Positions 42,131-51,105 of a stretch of DNA of 64,000 nucleotides are shown here, one piece after another. The stretch is from positions 26,299 to 90,298 of the forward strand of contig JAGBCV010000016.1 of the NCBI GenBank assembly GCA_017937845.1, in the 5' to 3' direction. Source of the DNA: Clostridia bacterium (GTDB lineage Bacteria > Bacillota > Clostridia > Oscillospirales > CAG-272). How positions within the stretch are numbered: position 1 is the stretch's first letter; each line of letters opens with the position of its first letter. The notes beneath the pieces are model-generated. The model was not told where the DNA came from and did no database searches. It saw only the letters and a list, made by a program, of their open reading frames with translations. Position numbers and translations under genes: made by a program.

Positions 42131-42967
42131 ATGAAACTATGTGCATTTGCGGATGAGGCTTCTCCGAGTCTTGCGGGGCAGATCGCGGCGCTTTCCCGAA
42201 ACGGCATTTCTTCTCTTGAGATTCGCGGCGTAAACGGGAAAAACATCAAGGATATCACCGTATGCGAAGCAAAGGATATCCAAAATACGCTGGAGGCGAA
42301 CGGCATTTCCGTTTGGTCTATGGGTTCTCCGATCGGAAAGATCGCGCTGGACGGCGATTTTGAGGCGCATCTTGACGATTTCAAGCGCATCTTGGAAACG
42401 GCGGATATCTTCGGTGCGAAGCATATTCGTATGTTCAGCTTTTTCCCTGTGGAGGGTATGGAGCAGGAGAAAACGAAAGCCCTTGTCTTTGAAAGGATAG
42501 AACGTCTTCTTTCCGTAACGCCTGAGCATATCCTGCTTTGCCATGAAAATGAAAAGGATATTTTCGGAGAAAATGCGGAAAACTGTCTTGCGCTTCATGA
42601 AGCGTTTCCGCGGCTTCGCGCGGTCTTTGACCCTGCGAATTTCGTGCAGTGCGGTGTGGATACCAAAAAGGCATGGAAAGTCTTAAAAAATTACGTGGAA
42701 TATCTCCATATCAAGGATGCCGTCTTGGACGGAACGGTCGTGCCTGCGGGCAGAGGACTTGGCAATGTGCCGTATATCGTCAAGGAATATCTTTCACGCG
42801 GCGGAGAGGTCATGACGCTCGAACCGCACCTCTTTGATTTCACGGGGCTTTCCGCCTTGGAAAACGGCAAAGTCACAAGCCTTGGCATTTCACATTATCG
42901 GGATAACGACGAAGCGTTTGATGCGGCGTCAGAGGCTCTCAAAACAATTTTAAGCGAAATAAAGTGA
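42131..42967 (+). CDS. sugar phosphate isomerase/epimerase (xylose-isomerase-like TIM barrel)
   Basis: FADE, HENEK, FDPANF, HIKD, LEPHL. Confidence 0.88.
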   Translation: MKLCAFADEASPSLAGQIAALSRNGISSLEIRGVNGKNIKDITVCEAKDIQNTLEANGISVWSMGSPIGKIALDGDFEAHLDDFKRILETADIFGAKHIRMFSFFPVEGMEQEKTKALVFERIERLLSVTPEHILLCHENEKDIFGENAENCLALHEAFPRLRAVFDPANFVQCGVDTKKAWKVLKNYVEYLHIKDAVLDGTVVPAGRGLGNVPYIVKEYLSRGGEVMTLEPHLFDFTGLSALENGKVTSLGISHYRDNDEAFDAASEALKTILSEIK

Positions 42968-42978
42968 GGAATCAAAAA

Positions 42979-43746
42979 ATGGTTATTGGCGCTCAGCTTT
43001 TTACAGTACGCGATTTTGCGAAGGATCTCAACGGTTTTTCCGAAACGCTCAAAAGAGTGGCGGATATCGGATATACGACCGTTCAAGTATCGGGAACCTG
43101 CGATTATGAAGCGGAATGGCTCCGCGACGAGCTTAATAAGAATGGTCTTGCCTGCGTTTTGACGCATACGAAGCCGCAAGAGATCATCGAAAACACCGAA
43201 ACCGTCTGCAAAAATCACGATGTGTTTGCCTGTCCCTATATCGGGCTTGGAGCAATGCCCGGCGGCGGTAAGGTGACAGATGAGATCTATGAAAAATTCG
43301 TTCATGACTTCAAGCCTGCGGCGGAAATCATCAAGGCAAACGGACACAAACTCTTTTATCATAACCATGCGTTTGAGTTTACCAAGAGCGCGGACGGCAA
43401 GCTCTTTATGGATAAGCTTTTGGAAGAATTTCCGCCCGAGCTGCTCGGCGTTACCTTTGATACGTATTGGGCGCAGTTCGCCGGCGCGGACGTTTGCGAC
43501 TGGCTTGCAAAGCTCAAGGACCGCGTGGAATGTCTGCATCTCAAGGATATGACGGCGACCTTTAACAACAAGAATCGCATGGCACCCGTTGGACACGGCA
43601 ATATGAATTTTGAAAAGATCATCGCATCGGCAGACAGCGCGGGCGCGAAATATCTTCTCGTGGAGCAGGACGATTGCTACGAGGAGGACCCGTTCGACTG
43701 CCTCAAAAAAAGTTATGATTATCTCATTTCTCTCGGCTTGAGATGA
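42979..43746 (+). CDS. sugar phosphate isomerase/epimerase
   Basis: GAQLFTVR, YHNHAFEF, DTYW, HLKD, VEQD. Confidence 0.88.
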   Translation: MVIGAQLFTVRDFAKDLNGFSETLKRVADIGYTTVQVSGTCDYEAEWLRDELNKNGLACVLTHTKPQEIIENTETVCKNHDVFACPYIGLGAMPGGGKVTDEIYEKFVHDFKPAAEIIKANGHKLFYHNHAFEFTKSADGKLFMDKLLEEFPPELLGVTFDTYWAQFAGADVCDWLAKLKDRVECLHLKDMTATFNNKNRMAPVGHGNMNFEKIIASADSAGAKYLLVEQDDCYEEDPFDCLKKSYDYLISLGLR

Positions 43747-43761
43747 AGAAAGGATTTACAT

Positions 43762-44931
43762 ATGGAAAAAATCAGACTTGGAATTTTAGGTGTTGGTAAC
43801 ATCGGCGGCGACCACGTGAAGCGCATCGTGAATGGAGAATGTCCCGAAATCACACTCGGTGCTGTTTGCGATCTGAAGCCCGAGCGACTTGCATGGGCAA
43901 AGGAAACGGCAGGGGAGGCGCTCCCGACCTTTGCCGATGCGAGGGAAATGATCGAAAGCGGTCTTATCGATTCGCTTCTCGTTGCCGTCCCGCATTACGA
44001 CCACCCGAAATATGCGATGATGGCGATGGAAGCAGGTCTTCACGTTCTCATCGAAAAGCCCGCAGGTGTTTATACCAAGCAGGTTCTCGAAATGAACGAA
44101 TGTGCCAAAAAGCATGACGTGGTCTTTGGTATCATGATGAATCAGAGAACGAACTGCATTTATCGTAAGATGCGAGAGATCGTCAAAAGCGGTGAACTTG
44201 GCGCCATCAAGCGCACGAACTGGCTCATTACCAACTGGTATCGCGCACAGGCGTATTATGATTCCGGCGATTGGCGCGCCACTTGGAGCGGCGAGGGCGG
44301 CGGTGTTCTGCTGAATCAGTGTCCGCATAATCTTGACCTTTGGCAGTGGATATGCGGTATGCCGAAAAAGGTTCACGCGCATTTGCATTTCGGTAAATGG
44401 CATGATATCGAGGTCGAGGACGACGTAACGGCATACGTGGAATATGAAAACGGCGCGACGGGCGTTTTCATTACGACCACAGGCGACGCGCCCGGTACGA
44501 ACCGCTTTGAAATTTCGATGGAAAAGGGTAAGCTGGTTGCAGAGGATAACCGTCTTACGATGTGGAAATCCGAGATCAGCGAGCCTGAATTTTCCGCGAC
44601 GAACAAAAACCCCTTCGGTCAGCCGAAATTCCAGAAGACGGAAGTGGAGACCGACGGCGAAAATCCGCAGCATAAGGGCGTGATGAATGCGTTTGCTTCG
44701 GCGATTTTGCATGGTACGCCGCTCGTTGCCGAGGGCATCGAGGGTATCAACGGGCTTTCCATCTCCAATGCGATGCACCTTTCCGCATGGATGGGAAAAA
44801 CGATCTCGATCGATGACTTTGACCACGACGGTTATTACGAGGAGCTGATGAAGCGCGTTGTAACGTCGAGAAGAAAAACAAACGTTACGGAAACGATTGC
44901 CGCCGATATGAGTGATACGTTTGGCTCTTGA
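43762..44931 (+). CDS. Gfo/Idh/MocA oxidoreductase
   Basis: GVGNIG, EKP, GGGVLLNQCPH. Confidence 0.92.
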   Translation: MEKIRLGILGVGNIGGDHVKRIVNGECPEITLGAVCDLKPERLAWAKETAGEALPTFADAREMIESGLIDSLLVAVPHYDHPKYAMMAMEAGLHVLIEKPAGVYTKQVLEMNECAKKHDVVFGIMMNQRTNCIYRKMREIVKSGELGAIKRTNWLITNWYRAQAYYDSGDWRATWSGEGGGVLLNQCPHNLDLWQWICGMPKKVHAHLHFGKWHDIEVEDDVTAYVEYENGATGVFITTTGDAPGTNRFEISMEKGKLVAEDNRLTMWKSEISEPEFSATNKNPFGQPKFQKTEVETDGENPQHKGVMNAFASAILHGTPLVAEGIEGINGLSISNAMHLSAWMGKTISIDDFDHDGYYEELMKRVVTSRRKTNVTETIAADMSDTFGS

Positions 44932-44932
44932 T

Positions 44933-46105
44933 ATGAAGGAAGATTTGAAGATCGGTATCATCGGTGTCGGCAATATCGGTTCGGCACACGCCGCGGCGAT
45001 CTCCCGCGGCGACGTAAAGGGTATGACGCTTTCCGCGCTTTGCGATAACAATCCGAAAAGACGTGAGGAGATACGAGCGCTCTATCCCGATATCCCCGTT
45101 TTTGAGGATGCAGATGCGCTTCTCGCAAGCGGTCTTGCGGAGGCGGTCATCGTTGCGACGCCACACTATTTCCATCCGCCTATCGCGCAAAAAGCCTTTG
45201 CGGCAGGGCTTCACGTGTTGACGGAAAAGCCTGCGGGTGTCTATTGTCTTGCCGTTCGTGAGATGATGCGCTCGGCAAAGGAAAGCGGAAAAGCGTTCGG
45301 CGTGATGTTCAATCAGCGTACGAATACGCTTTTTAGAAAAGCCCGTGAGATCGTTTCCTCGGGTGAGCTTGGCGAGCTGAAGCGCGTTGTTTGGATCATC
45401 ACGAATTGGTATCGCAAGCAAAGCTATTATGATTCCGGCTCATGGCGCGCCACATGGAGCGGTGAGGGCGGCGGTGTTCTCATCAACCAAGCGCCGCATA
45501 ATTTGGATATCCTGCAATGGATCTGCGGTATGCCTTGCGCGATCTATGCGAAATGCGACGGGGGAAAATATCATCAGATCGAGGTCGATGACGACGTCAG
45601 TCTGTTTGCAAGGTACGAAAACGGCGCGACAGCGGTCTTTCTCACCTCGACGGGGGAATATCCCGGTACGAATCGCTTGGAGATCGCAGGCACGAAAGGC
45701 AAGCTCGTCGTTGAGAATGGCAAGCTGACGCATACAAAGCTTGCGATGGACGAAAGGGAATACCGCTATTCTGAGGAATCCGTTCAAAATAAACTGACGA
45801 TCACGGAATATGCGGAAGAAAAGCGAAATGGTCATATCGCAATTTTAGAAAATTTTGCGGCGCATATTTTGCGTGGAGAAGCGCTGATCGCGTCGGGATA
45901 TGAAGCCATTCACGAATTGACGATCTCCAACGCGGCGTATCTTTCCGCATGGCTGGGGAAAGAGATCGTATTGCCGATGGACGACGCTCTTTTTGAAACG
46001 ATGCTCCGCGAAAGGGCGGACGCGGAAAAATCACACATACGCACCGAAACGAGAGAACGGGTGCAGTTTGCGTATAAATCCCGTTGGGATACGCAATGGA
46101 CGTAA
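44933..46105 (+). CDS. Gfo/Idh/MocA oxidoreductase (paralog)
   Basis: GVGNIG, EKP, GGGVLINQAPH. Confidence 0.92.
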   Translation: MKEDLKIGIIGVGNIGSAHAAAISRGDVKGMTLSALCDNNPKRREEIRALYPDIPVFEDADALLASGLAEAVIVATPHYFHPPIAQKAFAAGLHVLTEKPAGVYCLAVREMMRSAKESGKAFGVMFNQRTNTLFRKAREIVSSGELGELKRVVWIITNWYRKQSYYDSGSWRATWSGEGGGVLINQAPHNLDILQWICGMPCAIYAKCDGGKYHQIEVDDDVSLFARYENGATAVFLTSTGEYPGTNRLEIAGTKGKLVVENGKLTHTKLAMDEREYRYSEESVQNKLTITEYAEEKRNGHIAILENFAAHILRGEALIASGYEAIHELTISNAAYLSAWLGKEIVLPMDDALFETMLRERADAEKSHIRTETRERVQFAYKSRWDTQWT

Positions 46106-46122
46106 AATCACGATAAAACAGA

Positions 46123-46149
46123 AAACCTCCGTTATCAAAACGGAGGTTT
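46123..46149. terminator. intrinsic terminator between convergent genes
   Basis: AAACCTCCGTT-ATCAA-AACGGAGGTTT. Confidence 0.75.
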
Positions 46150-46168
46150 GTGTTTTTATCTTATTTCA

Positions 46169-46351
46169 TTAGTGATTGAGAAGCTCCATCAAGCTGAAAA
46201 AGTCGTCCTCGCCCTCAAAACCATTACCCAAAAGTTTATTAAACGGACTCAAACCGCTTGTGGTCAAAATGTCTTCTGTATCAAATGTTATTACTTCAAT
46301 TTTTGCAGGTTCAAAAATTGTTTTTTCATAAATTGTATTCATATCATTCAC
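46169..46351 (-). CDS. small protein with leader-peptide-like motif
   Basis: FEPAKIEVITFDTEDILTTSG; RBS AAAGG; TTGATT-16-TATAAT upstream. Confidence 0.6.
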   Translation of the reverse strand: MNDMNTIYEKTIFEPAKIEVITFDTEDILTTSGLSPFNKLLGNGFEGEDDFFSLMELLNH

Positions 46352-46616
46352 CCTTTCGTGTGCTTTGGGATAGTACTTGATTTTTACAATATTATTATAT
46401 CATAAATATACTATAAATCAAGGGCTTTTTGAAAAATTATATATAAAATTTTTCCAGGAAAAACTGTGCAATCTGCCCCAAGGTTTGAGAGATCATGACG
46501 AATTTTGTATAAATTGCTGAAAAGAAAGGGAACAGCTTACGCTGTCCCTCTCTTAAAGGAGTCGAGTATATGAAGAAACTTTTAGCCTGATTGGTAAAGA
46601 TACGATCTATGCTTGA

Positions 46617-47165
46617 TTATTTGCCGAAGTATCTTTCGAGAAGACCCTGGAAAGCTCTGCCGTGACGAGCTTCGTCCTTAGCCATTTCATGAACAGTGTC
46701 ATGGATAGCATCGAGATTTGCAGCCTTAGCGCGTTTTGCGAGGTCGAATTTACCTGCGGTTGCGCCGTTTTCAGCGTCAACTCTCATTTCGAGGTTCTTC
46801 TTGGTGCTGGGTGTTACAACTTCGCCGAGGATTTCAGCGAATTTAGCAGCGTGTTCTGCTTCTTCAAAAGCAGCCTTTTCCCAGTAAAGACCGATTTCGG
46901 GGTAGCCTTCACGGAAAGCAACTCTGGACATAGCGAGATACATACCAACCTCGGAGCATTCGCCGTTGAAGTTAGCGCGGAGATCGTTGATGATATCTTC
47001 GGAAACGCCTTCGGTGATACCAACAACGTGTTCGGTAGCCCAAGTCATTGCTTTTTCTTCCATCTTTGTGAATTTGTCAGCGGGAACGCCACACTGGGGG
47101 CATCTTGCGGGAGCCGCGTCGCCTTCATGAATATAACCACAAACTTTGCATACGAATTTTGCCAT
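46617..47165 (-). CDS. reverse rubrerythrin / NADH peroxidase
   Basis: N-terminal rubredoxin CKVCGY..CPQC followed by ferritin-like EEAEHA/DEARHG. Confidence 0.93.
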   Translation of the reverse strand: MAKFVCKVCGYIHEGDAAPARCPQCGVPADKFTKMEEKAMTWATEHVVGITEGVSEDIINDLRANFNGECSEVGMYLAMSRVAFREGYPEIGLYWEKAAFEEAEHAAKFAEILGEVVTPSTKKNLEMRVDAENGATAGKFDLAKRAKAANLDAIHDTVHEMAKDEARHGRAFQGLLERYFGK

Positions 47166-47251
47166 AATAATAATCCTCCAAAAATATAAGTAAAAATTTT
47201 TTAGTTTTTCAAATTGTGTAAAGTACCTTGGGAAAGCGAGAGTGTCTCGCT

Positions 47252-47620
47252 TTATTCAAGGCAATTACGGCATTTGCCGTAAAAAGTGTTGCTCGCGTAA
47301 TGAATTTCTGCGCCAAGTGCATCTTCAATGGATTTGATATCCAGGAAAACATCCAAATCGTAAATCTGTTTACAGTACTGACAGAAGAAATGGGAATGGG
47401 GATGCGTGTGACCGTCATAATGTTCCTTGCCATCGTCCGAAGTACCGACTTTGATAATATCACCAACCTCACAAAGGAGCGCAAGATTGCGGTAAACGGT
47501 TCCGAGACTGATATGGGGAAAATCTTCTCTCAAGCTATTGTAAACCATTTCTGCCGTGGGGTGATCATAACGCCCGCGCAGGTTTTCCAAAACAGCATCG
47601 CGTTGTTTAGAATGTTTCAT
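47252..47620 (-). CDS. perR: Fur family regulator (PerR-like)
   Basis: [27 protein letters not shown]; upstream of rubrerythrin. Confidence 0.85.
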   Translation of the reverse strand: MKHSKQRDAVLENLRGRYDHPTAEMVYNSLREDFPHISLGTVYRNLALLCEVGDIIKVGTSDDGKEHYDGHTHPHSHFFCQYCKQIYDLDVFLDIKSIEDALGAEIHYASNTFYGKCRNCLE

Positions 47621-47650
47621 AGGAAGGACACCGTCCTTTCAATTTGATTT

Positions 47651-47733
47651 AGGAATCATTCTTGATTTCATTATACCACAAAAAACGGATTTGTCAAGAG
47701 GTTTTGCGAAAAAACAGGAATGATTTTTGATTT
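47651..47733 (-). promoter_or_regulatory. perR promoter flanked by two Fur/Per-like boxes
   Basis: Minus-strand TTGACA-16-TATAAT (47697-47670); AGGAATCATTCTTGATTT (47651) and AGGAATGATTTTTGATTT (47716). Confidence 0.55.
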
Positions 47734-47785
47734 TTTGCAAAAATGAAATTTATCCAAAAAAATCAAAAAAACTTTGGAAAAGGTA

Positions 47786-47814
47786 TTGACAAATCCATAT
47801 CTTTATGATAGAAT
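47786..47814 (+). promoter_or_regulatory. tRNA-Ser promoter
   Basis: TTGACA-17-TAGAAT with extended TG. Confidence 0.8.
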
Positions 47815-47850
47815 GGTTAAGCCGTCAAGCGAGAGGGCACAAAAGAATAT

Positions 47851-47941
47851 GGAGAAGTCGCCTAGTTGGTCGAGGGCGCACGACTGGAAATCGTGTAACC
47901 GGTAAAACGGTTCGAGAGTTCGAATCTCTCCTTCTCCGCCA
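47851..47941 (+). tRNA. tRNA-Ser(GGA)
   Basis: GGAGAAG acceptor, CACGA-CTGGAAA-TCGTG anticodon arm, long variable arm, GTTCGAATC, GCCA. Confidence 0.96.
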
Positions 47942-47943
47942 GA
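47915..47943 (+). repeat. attL core
   Basis: AGAGTTCGAATCTCTCCTTCTCCGCCAGA, repeated at 62335-62363 with one mismatch. Confidence 0.92.
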
Positions 47944-47964
47944 GCTTCAAAAGCTCAAAAAGTT

Positions 47965-47994
47965 AGGCATCACCTAAAAACATAGGTGGTGCCT
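47965..47994 (+). terminator. element-supplied hairpin after tRNA-Ser
   Basis: AGGCATCACCTA-AAAACA-TAGGTGGTGCCT followed by T-rich tract. Confidence 0.7.
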
Positions 47995-48059
47995 ATATTT
48001 TTTGCGTTTTCCATGTTCTCGGATTCTCACGGATTTTCTTATATTTATCTTATTTTTTG

Positions 48060-48110
48060 GGTGTCAAAACGGGTGTCTTTTTCCGTTTTGGTGTCAAATT
48101 TGGTGTCAAT
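48060..48110 (+). repeat. integrase arm-type direct repeats (left)
   Basis: GGTGTC(AAA) at 48060, 48072, 48090, 48102. Confidence 0.75.
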
Positions 48111-48894
48111 AAATCTGATATTTTTCGTACAATGACGGGAGAAGTTTTCTCCGTCATTTCTCTTTATATAAACGGGCAACGTTCCCCTGCAAATATGAAA
48201 ACATCTGAGCTTACTACACTACGCTCGGAAGCACTACAACACGACTTTTGGCGCAACGCACTATATCTTAGAAGTACACTTGGCACACTGCGCTATGCGT
48301 TGGAAATCGTGGAAAACGCTGTACATGTCAGCAGATAGGCGAAAAAGGGAATGGCGTTTACCACCATTCCCAACGTAAGACTTTGAAACGCGCTCTATGG
48401 AAAACATGAGTTTACCACAGGGCGCGTTTGGTTTCTACTACTGCTATCACTTTTTCTATTCTTTTTTTGAAAAAAGAAAGGTTCATGTTTTGCTTGGGTT
48501 TCCGACCGGGGAACGTCGGCGGTCATCCGTCCGCTCCGCGTGCCTTGGCGGTGTTCTGCGCGCCTTGCTCCGTTTCGTTTGGCTCGATGTCTGTTTTGCA
48601 AACTCCCTTTTGTATCCTGGTGCGTTCCATGTACGTTCCAGTTTGCTACGTTGCACCGTTTTTGGGCGAAAATCTGAAGGGAAGAAAAGGCTTGGAAAGG
48701 TGTGCCGTATGATGTAAACTTAAAAATCTACTGTTTGCTTCTCGCTCTTATTTCGGCGAAAATTTGGAGGTATGGCGAAAGCACGTGGTTAGCTTAGCGA
48801 AATACCGAAGCATGGAGAAAACGCTCCATGTCGTGCAGACTTGTTCAGTTCCACGCCCCTTCGGGTGCTTACACGTCCTCGACGGACGTGGGGG

Positions 48895-49866
48895 TTAAAA
48901 TAGATCGTCAAACGAAAAGGGTGTATTGGTTGTTTGTGGCGGTTCAGCAGTCTGATCAGACACAGGTTCATCGACCGACAGCGTGGATGCAAAAGCTTCA
49001 TCTAATTTAGGGTTCTCAATCAGATCCGAAAGAAAATAATTAAACGACATCACGGATGCAGAGTCTTCAGCGTGTTCGGGATCCTTGGAAACGGGAGGTT
49101 CGGGGACATTGTCGAACAGATCTGTGAGAGGATCGGCAGGAGCTGGAGCAGGATCCTGTTTTCTGTTCTTCTTTTTCTTCTGCTTTTTAAGCGCTTTGAT
49201 AGGAACGGGCGGTTCTGTGATATAGAAGTCGGGAAGCTCAGTGTCGATACTGAATGAGTTAAACATCTTGAAGAGCTTGCGACCTTTGAATTTGTATTTA
49301 GAGAAAGGAACGAAGTCATAGGCATCGATGATCTGACGTGTATTCTTATCGATTGAGATACTTTTCTTGATACATCTGATATAGAATTTTTTCGTTATGA
49401 AATTGAAAAAAGTACGAGATACAAGATAGTAACGTTGAGAGAGCCTGCGAACAGTGATATCGATATCATCATAAGCTTGGGAAGCAAACCACATTTCACA
49501 ACGATAATGTCTATGGGTTTTCAAGTACTTTATCTTGTCGGCGGTTAGCTCCATAAACTTACGGCTGTTGACGTCAATACCTGCTTCATCAATAAGCACA
49601 ACAGAATTTCTGAAATTATATTTTCCTATATCATCCCACTTAATCGGTATCGTTCCTTTACAATCGAAATTGGCATAGATACGGTATTTCTTTTTTGAGT
49701 AATGCGCGACCAACAGTGCAAGCGTGGTAGTCTTGCCACAGCCGGGGGGCGCGAACAACGTAAAAATACAATCTCGTTTGATTCGTGCAGGATCATTGAT
49801 GAAGTGCATCGTGATTTTGAAGATTATCATGATCTGAACCGCAAAAAATATCAACACATATAACAT
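48895..49866 (-). CDS. Zot-like / inovirus pI morphogenesis ATPase
   Basis: N-terminal TM helix, Walker A APPGCGKT, IYANF, Walker B VVLIDEAG, HRHY, ASQ...ID..VR. Confidence 0.85.
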   Translation of the reverse strand: MLYVLIFFAVQIMIIFKITMHFINDPARIKRDCIFTLFAPPGCGKTTTLALLVAHYSKKKYRIYANFDCKGTIPIKWDDIGKYNFRNSVVLIDEAGIDVNSRKFMELTADKIKYLKTHRHYRCEMWFASQAYDDIDITVRRLSQRYYLVSRTFFNFITKKFYIRCIKKSISIDKNTRQIIDAYDFVPFSKYKFKGRKLFKMFNSFSIDTELPDFYITEPPVPIKALKKQKKKKNRKQDPAPAPADPLTDLFDNVPEPPVSKDPEHAEDSASVMSFNYFLSDLIENPKLDEAFASTLSVDEPVSDQTAEPPQTTNTPFSFDDLF

Positions 49867-49920
49867 TTCTTTTTTTCTTCCTTTTCTCTTATTTCTTTAT
49901 TTTTTTCATTCATGGAACAC

Positions 49921-49948
49921 AAAAGCCGCCGCAGTACCCGCGGCGGCT
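49921..49948 (-). terminator. intrinsic terminator after coat genes
   Basis: AGCCGCCGC/GCGGCGGCT stem followed by TTTTGTG on the minus strand. Confidence 0.7.
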
Positions 49949-49971
49949 CTCGTGTTCTTTTTTTTTCCTTT

Positions 49972-50532
49972 TTATGTGCGTTCCTTGAGGCGGATGAGAA
50001 AGCCTACGCCCAAAGAGCAGACGGGCAAACCGATAACAAACAGAAGCATCAAAGCATTTTCGCTGATGATTTTGGAAAAATCGGTTACAACGCCAAAGAT
50101 CATTTCAGAAAAATTATGAACATAAGCCAATACATTAGCATCACGAATCGGAACAAGGTCATAAATAGCGGTATCATCGGTCAAATAAATAGTTATATAT
50201 TCATCATCTTCCGAGCCGAAATATACATATTCGCCTGTCGCACGATTAAAAAAATGATCAACATAAGCATAAGCATGATCTTCAATCTTTAAATAATCCG
50301 CCGAAGAAGTATCAAATACTATTACACGTTCCCGATAAAACTGCACACTATATCTTTTGCCTGCAGCAGAATCAAATGCATACGAAAAATCAATATTCCC
50401 ATCATGATAAGCAAGTGATCCTGCTCTCAAAGTTACTTTGGCAGCAGATGCCGTCACCGAAAGAATAACGGTCAAAGAAACCACACACAAAAAGATACTC
50501 AGAATCTTACGAAACTTCTTTCTTTTACACAC
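49972..50532 (-). CDS. signal peptide + passenger domain + major-coat-like C-terminus
   Basis: Signal peptide ending TASA; C-terminus LPVCSLGVGFLIRL matches LPVISFGVGLLIRV of the adjacent 56-aa ORF. Confidence 0.75.
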   Translation of the reverse strand: MCKRKKFRKILSIFLCVVSLTVILSVTASAAKVTLRAGSLAYHDGNIDFSYAFDSAAGKRYSVQFYRERVIVFDTSSADYLKIEDHAYAYVDHFFNRATGEYVYFGSEDDEYITIYLTDDTAIYDLVPIRDANVLAYVHNFSEMIFGVVTDFSKIISENALMLLFVIGLPVCSLGVGFLIRLKERT

Positions 50533-50568
50533 AAAACATCACTCCCCTCGGAATAAGCCGAGAGAAGC

Positions 50569-50739
50569 TTATGCTCTGTGCATAACGCGAATCAGAAGAC
50601 CCACGCCGAAAGAAATCACAGGGAGCGCCACAGCGGTCAAAGTGAGAAGAGGTGTAGAGGTAATTGTAGTCGCAGTCGTAGTGAGGACGGAACCGATAGT
50701 CGTCATGACGTCAGTAACGCCGGTAAGCAATTCAGCCAT
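50569..50739 (-). CDS. putative major coat protein (pVIII-like), 56 aa
   Basis: Manual translation MAELLTGVTDVMTTIGSVLTTTATTITSTPLLTLTAVALPVISFGVGLLIRVMHRA; AAGGA RBS; amphipathic helix, TM, basic tail. Confidence 0.75.
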   Translation of the reverse strand: MAELLTGVTDVMTTIGSVLTTTATTITSTPLLTLTAVALPVISFGVGLLIRVMHRA

Positions 50740-50850
50740 AATTAAAATCCTTCTTTCTTCTTATTTTTTTGTTTTCTTAATTTTTTCATCCCTCCAAGGA
50801 GCGACCTTGAATATTGAACGTTCATAGGATGATATTAAGGCTTCGGAGCC

Positions 50851-50952
50851 TTAAACTTGAAAAGCCCCGAAGCAAATCGAAAGGAAAAGAGTGATAAGCA
50901 AGATATAAATAAACGGCGAAGATGATGCGCAAAGCGCGATAATTGTCAGCAC
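50851..50952 (-). CDS. small hydrophobic protein (pVII/pIX-like), 33 aa
   Basis: GTG after GGAGG; MLTIIALCASSSPFIYILLITLFLSICFGAFQV. Confidence 0.55.
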   Translation of the reverse strand: MLTIIALCASSSPFIYILLITLFLSICFGAFQV

Positions 50953-50956
50953 GGTA

Positions 50957-51100
50957 TCACCTCCGACTTTTCACAAACGTGAAGATGATAGACACGGCGA
51001 ATAGTGCCACGATCAGCGCGATCAGCTCGATAGAAAGATGCTCGGCAGCTTGCTCGAGGTCATCCACGATAACAGGACCCAATACAGACAAATGGTTCAA
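50957..51100 (-). CDS. small single-TM protein (minor coat candidate), 47 aa
   Basis: TTG after GGAGG; MNHLSVLGPVIVDDLEQAAEHLSIELIALIVALFAVSIIFTFVKSRR. Confidence 0.6.
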   Translation of the reverse strand: MNHLSVLGPVIVDDLEQAAEHLSIELIALIVALFAVSIIFTFVKSRR

Positions 51101-51105
51101 TCATA

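Noticed and set aside
48740-48800. ssoA CS-6/RS_B-like motifs
   Set aside because: TAGCGA is on the strand opposite the predicted viral strand, and the RS_B match is weak.
48057-49010. Short ORFs at the prophage left end
   Set aside because: No clear RBS or motifs, and overlapping frames; treated as non-coding.
48895-49866. Zot as an enterotoxin
   Set aside because: Only the ATPase-type motifs are evident; the context indicates phage morphogenesis.
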